From Antedon mediterranea (Eukaryota; Animalia; Echinodermata), in the NCBI RefSeq assembly GCF_964355755.1, contig NC_092677.1, positions 23,609,175-23,673,174 of the forward strand: DNA of 64,000 bases, in the 5' to 3' direction. The notes below the pieces were generated by a model. The model searched no databases, had not been told where the DNA came from, and saw only the letters and a program-made list of their open reading frames with translations. Shown piece after piece: positions 49,701-61,700 of the stretch (positions are counted from its first letter, which is position 1; the number at the start of each line of letters is the position of its first letter). A program made the translations under genes and the position numbers.

Positions 49701-52700
49701 AAAAAAACGTCTAAGAATGAGAACAAGATATTTATATGAAGCCCGGTTAGCTCAGTTGGTAGAGCATCAGACTTTTAATCTGAGGGTCAAGGGTTCAAGT
49801 CCCTTATTGGGCGTATTTGTTTTTTGCTTCCATTATTTTTCAAGTCAATTTTATACTTTAGGTTAATTGAAATTTAAAAAAAATGTCTAAGAATGAGAAC
49901 AAGGTAGTTATATGAAGCCCGGTTAGCGCAGTTGGTAGAGCATCAGACGTTTAAACTGAGGGTCAAGGGTTCAAGTCCCTTAATGGGCGTATTTGTTTTT
50001 TGCTTCCATTATCTTTGAAGTCAATTTTATACTTTAGGCCAATAGAAATTTTTAAAAAAACGTCTAAGAATGAGAACCAGGTATTTATATGAAGCCCGGT
50101 TAGCTCAGTTGGTAGAGCATCAGACTTTTAATCTGAGGGTTAAGGGTTCAAGTCCCTTAATGGGCATATTTGTTTTTTGCTTCCATTATCTTTCAAGTCA
50201 ATTTTATACTTTAGGCCAATTGAAATTTTAAAAAAAACGTCTAAGAATGAGAACAAGGTAGTTATATGAAGCCCGGTTAGCTCAGTTGGTAGAGCATCAG
50301 ACTTTTAAGCTGAGGGTCAAGGTTTCAAGTCCCTTATTGGGCGTATTTGTTTTTTGCTTCCATTATCTTTCAAGTCAATTTTATACTTTAGGCCAATAAA
50401 ATTATTAAGAAAAAGTCTAAGAATGAGAACAAGTTGTTTATATGAAGCCCGGTTAGCTCAGTTGGTAGAGCATCAGACTTTTAATCTGAGGGTCAAGGGT
50501 TCAAATCCCTTATTGGGCATATTCGTTTTTGCTTCCATTATCTTTCAAGTTTTTTTTATACTTTAGGCCAATTGAAATAAAACAAACGTCTAAGAATAAG
50601 AACATGGCTTTTATATGAAGCCCGGTTAGCTCAGTTGGTAGAGCATCAGACTTTTAAACTGAGGGTCAAGGGTTCAAGTCCCTTAATGGGCGTATTTGTT
50701 TTTTGCTTCCATTATCTTTGAAGTCAATTTTATACTTTAGGCCAATTGAAATTTTAAAAAAACGTCTAAGAATGAGAACAAGGTATTTATATGAAGCCCG
50801 GTTAGCTCAGTTGGTAGAGCATCAGACTTTTAATCTGAGGGTCAAGGGTTCAAATCCCTTATTGGGCGTATATGTTTTTTGCTTCCATTATCTTTGAAGT
50901 CAATTTTATACTTTAGGCCAATAGAAATTTAAAAAAAACGTCTAAGAATGAGAACAAGGTATTTATAAGAAGCCCGGTTACCTCAGTTGGTAGAGCATCA
51001 GACTTTTAATCTGAGGGTAAAGGGTTCAAATCCTTTATTGGGCTTATTCGAGTTTTGCTTCCATTATCGTTCAAGTCAATTTTATACTTTAGGCCAATTG
51101 AAATAAAACAAACTTCTGAGAATGAGAACAAGGTATTTATATGAGGCTCGGTTAGCTCAGTTGGTAGCGCAAAAGACTTTTAATCTGAGGTCAAGGGTTA
51201 AAGCCCGTTATTCGGCGTATTCCTTTTTGGCTTCCATTATCGTTCAAGTCAATTTTATACCTTAGGCCAATAGAAGTTAAAAAAAAACGTCTAAGAATGA
51301 GAACAAGGTATTTATATGAAGCCCGGTTAGCTCAGTTGGTAGAGCATCAGACTTTTAATCTGAGGGTCAAGGGTTCAAATCCCTTATTGGGCGTATTCGT
51401 TTTTGCTTCCATTATATTTCAAGTCTATTTTATACTTTAGGCCAATTGAAATAAAAAAACGTCTAAGAATGAGAACAAGATATTTATATGAAGCTCGGTT
51501 AGCTCAGTTGGTAGAGCATCAGACTTTTAATCTGAGGGTCAAGGGTTCAAGTCCCTTATTGGGCGTATTTGTTTTTTGCTTCCATTATCTTTCAAGTCAA
51601 TTTTATACTTTAGGCCAATTGAAATTTAAAAAAAATGTCTAAGAATGAGAACAAGGCAGTTCTATGAAGCCCGGTTAGCTCAGTTGGTAGAGCATCAGGC
51701 TTTTAAACCGAGGGTCAAGGGTTCAAGTCCCTTATTGGGCGTATTTGTTTGTTGCTTCCATTATCTTTGAAGTTAATTTTATACTTTAGGCCAATAGAAA
51801 TTTTTAAGAAAAAGTCAAAGAATGAGAACAAGTTGTTTATATGAAGCCCGGTTAGCTCAGTTGGTAGAGCATCAGACTTTTAATCTGAGGGTCAAGGGTT
51901 CAAGTCCCTTATTGGGTGTATTGGTTTTTTGCTTCCATTATCTTTCAAGTCAATTATACTTTAGGCCAATTGAAATTTAAAAAAAATGTCTAAGAATGAG
52001 AACAAGGTATTTATATGAAGCCCGGTTAGCACAGTTGGTAGAGCATCAGACTTTTAATCTGAGGGTCAAGGGTTCAAGTCCCTTATTCGGTGTATTGGTT
52101 TTTTGCTTCCATTATCTTTCAAGTCAATTTTATACTTTAGGCCAATTGAAATTTAAAAAAAATGTCTAAGAATGAGAACAAGGTAGTTATATGAAGCCCG
52201 GTTAGCTCAGTTGGTAGAGCATCAGACTTTTAAACCGAGGGTCAAGGGTTAAAGTCCTTTAATGGGCGTATTTGTTTTTTGCTTCCATTATCTTTGAAGT
52301 CAATTTTATACTTTAGGCCAATAGAAATTTAAAAAAAACGTCTACGAATGAGAACAAGGTATTTATATGAAGCCCGGTTAGCTCAGTTGGTAGAGCATCA
52401 GACTTTTAATCAGAGGGTCAAGGGTTCAAGTCCCTTATTGGGCGTATTTGTTTTTTGCTTCCATTATCTTTCAAGTCAATTTGATACTTTAGGCCAATTG
52501 AAATTTAAAAAAAACATCTAAGAATGAGAACAAGGTATTTATATGAAGCCCGGTTAGCTCAGTTGGTAGAGCATCAGACTTTTAAGCTGAGGGTCAAGGT
52601 TTCAAGTCCCTTATTGGGCGTATTGTTTTTTTGCTTCCATTATCTTTCAAGTCAATTTTATTCTTTAGGCCAATTGAAATTTAAAAAAAACGTCTAAGAA

Positions 52701-55700
52701 TGAGAACAATGTATTTATATGAAGCTCGGTTAGCTCAGTTGGTAGCGCAAAAGACTTTTAATCTGAGGTCAAGGATTAAAGCCCGTTATTTGGCGTATTC
52801 CTTTTTTGCTCCCATTATCGTTCAAGTCAATTTTATACTTTAGGCCAATAGAAATAAAAAAAAACCGTCTAAGAATGAGAACAAGGTATTTATATGAAGC
52901 CCGGTTAGCTCAGTAGGTAGAGCATCAGACTTTTAATCTGAGGGTCAAGGGTTCAAATCCCTTATTGGGCGTATTCGTTTTTGCTTCTATTATCTTTCAA
53001 GTCTATTTTATACTTTAGGCCAATTGAAATAAAACAAACCTCTAAGAATAAGAACATGGCTTTTATATGAAGCCCGGTTAGCTCAGTTGGTAGAGCATCA
53101 GACTTTTAATCTGAGGGTCAAGGGTTCAAGCCCCTTATTGGGCGTATTTCTTTTTTGCTTCCATTATCTTTGAAGTCAATTTTATACTTTAGGCCAATAG
53201 AAATTTAAAAAAAACGTCTAAGAATGAGAACAAGGTATTTATATGAAGCCCGGTTACCTCAGTTGGTAGAGCATCAGACTTTTAATCTGAGGGTAAAGGG
53301 TTCAAATCCTTTATTGGGCTTATTCGAGTTTTGCTTCAATTATCGTTCAAGTCAATTTTATACTTTAGGCCAATTGAAATAAAACAAACTTCTGAGAATG
53401 AGAACAAGGTATTTATATGAGGCTCGGTTAGCTCAGTTGGTAGCGCAAAAGACTTTTAATCTGAGGTCAAGGGTTAAAGCCCGTTATTCGGCGTATTCCT
53501 TTTTGGCTTCCATTATCGTTCAAGTCAATTTTATACCTTAGGCCAATAGAAGTTAAAAAAAAACGTGTAAGAATGAGAACAAGGTATTTATATGAAGCCC
53601 GGTTAGCTCAGTTGGTAGAGCATCAGACTTTTAATCTGAGGGTCAAGGGTTCAAATCCCTTATTGGGCGTATTCGTTTTTGCTTCCATTATCTTTCAAGT
53701 CTATTTTATTCTTTAGGCCAATTGAAATAAAAAAACGTCTAAGAATGAGAACAAGATATTTATATGAAGCCCGGTTAGCTCAGTTGGTAGAGCATCAGAC
53801 TTTTAATCTGAGTGTCAAGGGTTCAAGTCCCTTATTGGGCGTATTTGTTTTTTGCTTCCATTATCTTTCAAGTCAATTTTATACTTTAGGCCAATTGAAA
53901 TTTTAAAAAAAAGTCTAAGAATGAGAACAAGGTATTTATATGAAGCCCGGTTAGCCCAGTTGGTAGAGCATCAGACTTTTAATCTGAGGGTCAAGGGTTC
54001 AAGTCCCTTAATGGGCGTATTTGTTTTTTGCTTCCATTATCTTTCAAATCAATTTTATACGTTAGGCCAATAGAAATTTAAAAAAACGTCTAAGAATGAG
54101 AACAATGTATTTATATGAAGCCCGGTTACCTCAGTTGGTAGAGCATCAGTCTTTTAATCTGAGGGTAAAGGGTTCAAATCCCTTATTGGGCTTATTCGAG
54201 TTTTGCTTCCATTATCGTTCAAGTCAATTTTATACTTTAGGCCAATTGAAATAAAACAAACTTCTAAGAATGAGAACAAGGTATTTATATGAGGCTCGGT
54301 TAGCTCAGTTGGTAGCGCAAAAGACTTTTAATCTGAGGTCAAGGGTTAAAGCCCGTTATTCGGCGTATTCCTTTTTGGCTTCCATTATCGTTCAAGTCAA
54401 TTTTATACCTTAGGCCAATAGAAGTAAAAAAAAAAACGTCTAAGACTGAGAACAAGGTATTTATATGAAGCCCGGTTAGTTCAGTTGGTAGAGCATCAGA
54501 CTTTTAATCTGAGGTCAAGGGTTAAAGCCCGTTATTGGGCGTATTCCTTTTTTGCTTCCATTATCGTTCAAGTCAATTTTATTCTTTAGGCCAATAGAAA
54601 TAAAAAAAAAACGTCTAAGAATGAGAACAAGATATTTATATGAAGCCCGGTTAGCTCAGTTGGTAGAGCATCAGACTTTTAATCTGAGGGTCAAGGGTTC
54701 AAGTCCCTTATTGGGCGTATTTGTTTTTTGCTTCCATTATTTTTCAAGTCAATTTTATACTTTAGGCCAATTGAAATTTAAAAAAAATGTCTAAGAATGA
54801 GAACAAGGTAGTTATATGAAGCCCGGTTAGCGCAGTTGGTAGAGCATCAGACGTTTAAACTGAGGGTCAAGGGTTCAAGTCCCTTAATGGGCGTATTTGT
54901 TTTTGCTTCCATTATCTTTCAAGTCTATTTTATACTTTAGGCCAATTGAAATAAAAAAACGTCTAAGAATGAGAACAAGATATTTATATGAAGCCCGGTT
55001 AGCTCAGTTGGTAGAGCATCAGACTTTTAATCTGAGGGTCAAGGGTTCAAGTCCCTTAATGGGCATATTTGTTTTTTGCTTCCATTATCTTTCAAGTCAA
55101 TTTTATACTTTAGGCCAATTGAAATTTAAAAAAAAACGTCTAAGAATGAGAACAAGGTAGTTATATGAAGCCCGGTTACCTCAGTTGGTAGAGCATCAGA
55201 CTTTTAATCTGAGGGTAAAGGGTTCAAATCCTTTATTAGGCTTATTCGAGTTTTGCTTCAATTATCGTTCAAGTCAATTTTATACTTTAGGCCAATTGAA
55301 ATAAAACAAACTTCTGAGAATGAGAACAAGGTATTTATATGAGGCTCGGTTAGCTCAGTTGGTAGCGCAAAAGACTTTTAATCTGAGGTCAAGGGTTAAA
55401 GCCCGTTATTCGGCGTATTCCTTTTTGGCTTCCATTATCTTTCAAGTCAATTTTATTCTTTAGGCCAATTGAAATTTAAAAAAAACGTCTAAGAATGAGA
55501 ACAATGTATTTATATGAAGCTCGGTTAGCTCAGTTGGTAGCGCAAAAGACTTTTAATCTGAGGTCAAGGATTAAAGCCCGTTATTTGGCGTATTCCTTTT
55601 TTGCTCCCATTATCGTTCAAGTCAATTTTATACTTTAGGCCAATAGAAATAAAAAAAAACCGTCTAAGAATGAGAACAAGGTATTTATATGAAGCCCGGT

Positions 55701-58700
55701 TAGCTCAGTAGGTAGAGCATCAGACTTTTAATCTGAGGGTCAAGGGTTCAAATCCCTTATTGGGCGTATTCGTTTTTGCTTCTATTATCTTTCAAGTCTA
55801 TTTTATACTTTAGGCCAATTGAAATAAAACAAACGTCTAAGAATAAGAACATGGCTTTTATATGAAGCCCGGTTAGCTCAGTTGGTAGAGCATCAGACTT
55901 TTAATCTGAGGGTCAAGGTTTCAAGCCCCTTATTGGGCGTATTTCTTTTTTGCTTCCATTATCTTTGAAGTTAATTTTATACTTTAGGCCAATAAAATTA
56001 TTAAGAAAAAGTCAAAGAATGAGAACAAGGTATTTATATGAAGCCCGGTTAGCTCAGTTGGTAGAGCATCAGACTTTTAATCTGAGGGCCAAGGGTTCAA
56101 ATCCCTTATTGGGCGTATATGTTTTTTGCTTCCATTATCTTTGAAGTCAATTTTATACTTTAGGCCAATAGAAATTTAAAAAAAAACGTCTAAAAATGAG
56201 AACAAGGTATTTATATGAAGCCCGGTTACCTCAGTTGGTAGAGCATCAGACTTTTAATCTGAGGGTAAAGGGTTCAAATCCTTTATTAGGCTTATTCGAG
56301 TTTTGCTTCAATTATCGTTCAAGTCAATTTTATACTTTAGGCCAATTGAAATAAAACAAACTTCTGAGAATGAGAACAAGGTATTTATATGAGGCTCGGT
56401 TAGCTCAGTTGGTAGCGCAAAAGACTTTTAATCTGAGGTCAAGGGTTAAAGCCCGTTATTCGGCGTATTCCTTTTTGGCTTCCATTATCGTTCAAGTCAA
56501 TTTTATACCTTAGGCCAATAGAAATTTAAAAAAAACGTCTACGAATGAGAACAAGGTATTTATATGAAGCCCGGTTAGCTCAGTTGGTAGAGCATCAGAC
56601 TTTTAATCAGAGGGTCAAGGGTTCAAGTCCCTTATTGGGCGTATTTGTTTTTTGCTTCCATTATCTTTCAAGTCAATTTGATACTTTAGGCCAATTGAAA
56701 TTTAAAAAAAACATCTAAGAATGAGAACAAGGTATTTATATGAAGCCCGGTTAGCTCAGTTGGTAGAGCATCAGACTTTTAAGCTGAGGGTCAAGGTTTC
56801 AAGTCCCTTATTGGGCGTATTGTTTTTTTGCTTCCATTATCTTTCAAGTCAATTTTATTCTTTAGGCCAATTGAAATTTAAAAAAAACGTCTAAGAATGA
56901 GAACAATGTATTTATATGAAGCTCGGTTAGCTCAGTTGGTAGCGCAAAAGACTTTTAATCTGAGGTCAAGGATTAAAGCCCGTTATTTGGCGTATTCCTT
57001 TTTTGCTCCCATTATCGTTCAAGTCAATTTTATACTTTAGGCCAATAGAAATAAAAAAAAACCGTCTAAGAATGAGAACAAGGTATTTATATGAAGCCCG
57101 GTTAGCTCAGTAGGTAGAGCATCAGACTTTTAATCTGAGGGTCAAGGGTTCAAATCCCTTATTGGGCGTATTCGTTTTTGCTTCTATTATCTTTCAAGTC
57201 TATTTTATACTTTAGGCCAATTGAAATAAAACAAACCTCTAAGAATAAGAACATGGCTTTTATATGAAGCCCGGTTAGCTCAGTTGGTAGAGCATCAGAC
57301 TTTTAATCTGAGGGTCAAGGGTTCAAGCCCCTTATTGGGCGTATTTCTTTTTTGCTTCCATTATCTTTGAAGTCAATTTTATACTTTAGGCCAATAGAAA
57401 TTTAAAAAAAACGTCTAAGAATGAGAACAAGGTATTTATATGAAGCCCGGTTACCTCAGTTGGTAGAGCATCAGACTTTTAATCTGAGGGTAAAGGGTTC
57501 AAATCCTTTATTGGGCTTATTCGAGTTTTGCTTCAATTATCGTTCAAGTCAATTTTATACTTTAGGCCAATTGAAATAAAACAAACTTCTGAGAATGAGA
57601 ACAAGGTATTTATATGAGGCTCGGTTAGCTCAGTTGGTAGCGCAAAAGACTTTTAATCTGAGGTCAAGGGTTAAAGCCCGTTATTCGGCGTATTCCTTTT
57701 TGGCTTCCATTATCGTTCAAGTCAATTTTATACCTTAGGCCAATAGAAGTTAAAAAAAAACGTGTAAGAATGAGAACAAGGTATTTATATGAAGCCCGGT
57801 TAGCTCAGTTGGTAGAGCATCAGACTTTTAATCTGAGGGTCAAGGGTTCAAATCCCTTATTGGGCGTATTCGTTTTTGCTTCCATTATCTTTCAAGTCTA
57901 TTTTATTCTTTAGGCCAATTGAAATAAAAAAACGTCTAAGAATGAGAACAAGATATTTATATGAAGCCCGGTTAGCTCAGTTGGTAGAGCATCAGACTTT
58001 TAATCTGAGTGTCAAGGGTTCAAGTCCCTTATTGGGCGTATTTGTTTTTTGCTTCCATTATCTTTCAAGTCAATTTTATACTTTAGGCCAATTGAAATTT
58101 TAAAAAAAAGTCTAAGAATGAGAACAAGGTATTTATATGAAGCCCGGTTAGCCCAGTTGGTAGAGCATCAGACTTTTAATCTGAGGGTCAAGGGTTCAAG
58201 TCCCTTAATGGGCGTATTTGTTTTTTGCTTCCATTATCTTTCAAGTCAATTTTATACTTTAGGCCAATAGAAATTTAAAAAAACGTCTAAGAATGAGAAC
58301 AATGTATTTATATGAAGCCCGGTTACCTCAGTTGGTAGAGCATCAGTCTTTTAATCTGAGGGTAAAGGGTTCAAATCCCTTATTGGGCTTATTCGAGTTT
58401 TGCTTCCATTATCGTTCAAGTCAATTTTATACTTTAGGCCAATTGAAATAAAACAAACTTCTAAGAATGAGAACAAGGTATTTATATGAGGCTCGGTTAG
58501 CTCAGTTGGTAGCGCAAAAGACTTTTAATCTGAGGTCAAGGGTTAAAGCCCGTTATTCGGCGTATTCCTTTTTGGCTTCCATTATCGTTCAAGTCAATTT
58601 TATACCTTAGGCCAATAGAAGTAAAAAAAAAAACGTCTAAGACTGAGAACAAGGTATTTATATGAAGCCCGGTTAGTTCAGTTGGTAGAGCATCAGACTT

Positions 58701-61700
58701 TTAATCTGAGGTCAAGGGTTAAAGCCCGTTATTGGGCGTATTCCTTTTTTGCTTCCATTATCGTTCAAGTCAATTTTATTCTTTAGGCCAATAGAAATAA
58801 AAAAAAAACGTCTAAGAATGAGAACAAGATATTTATATGAAGCCCGGTTAGCTCAGTTGGTAGAGCATCAGACTTTTAATCTGAGGGTCAAGGGTTCAAG
58901 TCCCTTATTGGGCGTATTTGTTTTTTGCTTCCATTATTTTTCAAGTCAATTTTATACTTTAGGCCAATTGAAATTTAAAAAAAATGTCTAAGAATGAGAA
59001 CAAGGTAGTTATATGAAGCCCGGTTAGCGCAGTTGGTAGAGCATCAGACGTTTAAACTGAGGGTCAAGGGTTCAAGTCCCTTAATGGGCGTATTTGTTTT
59101 TGCTTCCATTATCTTTCAAGTCTATTTTATACTTTAGGCCAATTGAAATAAAAAAACGTCTAAGAATGAGAACAAGATATTTATATGAAGCCCGGTTAGC
59201 TCAGTTGGTAGAGCATCAGACTTTTAATCTGAGGGTCAAGGGTTCAAGTCCCTTAATGGGCATATTTGTTTTTTGCTTCCATTATCTTTCAAGTCAATTT
59301 TATACTTTAGGCCAATTGAAATTTAAAAAAAAACGTCTAAGAATGAGAACAAGGTAGTTATATGAAGCCCGGTTACCTCAGTTGGTAGAGCATCAGACTT
59401 TTAATCTGAGGGTAAAGGGTTCAAATCCTTTATTAGGCTTATTCGAGTTTTGCTTCAATTATCGTTCAAGTCAATTTTATACTTTAGGCCAATTGAAATA
59501 AAACAAACTTCTGAGAATGAGAACAAGGTATTTATATGAGGCTCGGTTAGCTCAGTTGGTAGCGCAAAAGACTTTTAATCTGAGGTCAAGGGTTAAAGCC
59601 CGTTATTCGGCGTATTCCTTTTTGGCTTCCATTATCTTTCAAGTCAATTTTATTCTTTAGGCCAATTGAAATTTAAAAAAAACGTCTAAGAATGAGAACA
59701 ATGTATTTATATGAAGCTCGGTTAGCTCAGTTGGTAGCGCAAAAGACTTTTAATCTGAGGTCAAGGATTAAAGCCCGTTATTTGGCGTATTCCTTTTTTG
59801 CTCCCATTATCGTTCAAGTCAATTTTATACTTTAGGCCAATAGAAATAAAAAAAAACCGTCTAAGAATGAGAACAAGGTATTTATATGAAGCCCGGTTAG
59901 CTCAGTAGGTAGAGCATCAGACTTTTAATCTGAGGGTCAAGGGTTCAAATCCCTTATTGGGCGTATTCGTTTTTGCTTCTATTATCTTTCAAGTCTATTT
60001 TATACTTTAGGCCAATTGAAATAAAACAAACGTCTAAGAATAAGAACATGGCTTTTATATGAAGCCCGGTTAGCTCAGTTGGTAGAGCATCAGACTTTTA
60101 ATCTGAGGGTCAAGGTTTCAAGCCCCTTATTGGGCGTATTTCTTTTTTGCTTCCATTATCTTTGAAGTTAATTTTATACTTTAGGCCAATAAAATTATTA
60201 AGAAAAAGTCAAAGAATGAGAACAAGGTATTTATATGAAGCCCGGTTAGCTCAGTTGGTAGAGCATCAGACTTTTAATCTGAGGGCCAAGGGTTCAAATC
60301 CCTTATTGGGCGTATATGTTTTTTGCTTCCATTATCTTTGAAGTCAATTTTATACTTTAGGCCAATAGAAATTTAAAAAAAACGTCTAAAAATGAGAACA
60401 AGGTATTTATATGAAGCCCGGTTACCTCAGTTGGTAGAGCATCAGACTTTTAATCTGAGGGTAAAGGGTTCAAATCCTTTATTAGGCTTATTCGAGTTTT
60501 GCTTCAATTATCGTTCAAGTCAATTTTATACTTTAGGCCAATTGAAATAAAACAAACTTCTGAGAATGAGAACAAGGTATTTATATGAGGCTCGGTTAGC
60601 TCAGTTGGTAGCGCAAAAGACTTTTAATCTGAGGTCAAGGGTTAAAGCCCGTTATTCGGCGTATTCCTTTTTGGCTTCCATTATCGTTCAAGTCAATTTT
60701 ATACCTTAGGCCAATAGAAGTTAAAAAAAAACGTCTAAGAATGAGAACAAGGTATTTATATGAAGCCCGGTTAGCTCAGTTGGTAGAGCATCAGACTTTT
60801 AATCTGAGGGTCAAGGGTTCAAATCCCTTATTGGGCGTATTCGTTTTTGCTTCCATTATCTTTCAAGTCTATTTTATTCTTTAGGCCAATTGAAATAAAA
60901 AAACGTCTAAGAATGAGAACAAGATATTTATATGAAGCCCGGTTAGCTCAGTTGGTAGAGCATCAGACTTTTAATCTGAGTGTCAAGGGTTCAAGTCCCT
61001 TATTGGGCGTATTTGTTTTTTGCTTCCATTATCTTTCAAGGTAATTTTATACTTTAGGCCAATTGAAATTTAAAAAAAAAGTCTAAGAATGAGAACAAGG
61101 TATTTATATGAAGCCCGGTTAGCCCAGTTGGTAGAGCATCAGACTTTTAATCTGAGGGTCAAGGGTTCAAGTCCTTTAATGGGCGTATTTGTTTTTTGCT
61201 TCCATTATCTTTCAAGTCAATTTTATACTTTAGGCCAATAGAAATTTAAAAAAACGTCTAAGAATGAGAACAAGGTATTTATATGAAGCCCGGTTAGCTC
61301 AGTTGGTAGAGCATCAGACTTTTAATCTGAGGGTCAAGGGTTCAAATCCCTTATTGGGCGTATTCGTTTTTGCTTCCATTATCTTTCAAGTCTATTTTAT
61401 TCTTTAGGCCAATTGAAATAAAAAAACGTCTAAGAATGAGAACAAGATATTTATATGAAGCCCGGTTAGCTCAGTTGGTAGAGCATCAGACTTTTAATCT
61501 GAGTGTCAAGGGTTCAAGTCCCTTATTGGGCGTATTTGTTTTTTGCTTCCATTATCTTTCAAGGTAATTTTATACTTTAGGCCAATTGAAATTTAAAAAA
61601 AAAGTCTAAGAATGAGAACAAGGTATTTATATGAAGCCCGGTTAGCCCAGTTGGTAGAGCATCAGACTTTTAATCTGAGGGTCAAGGGTTCAAGTCCCTT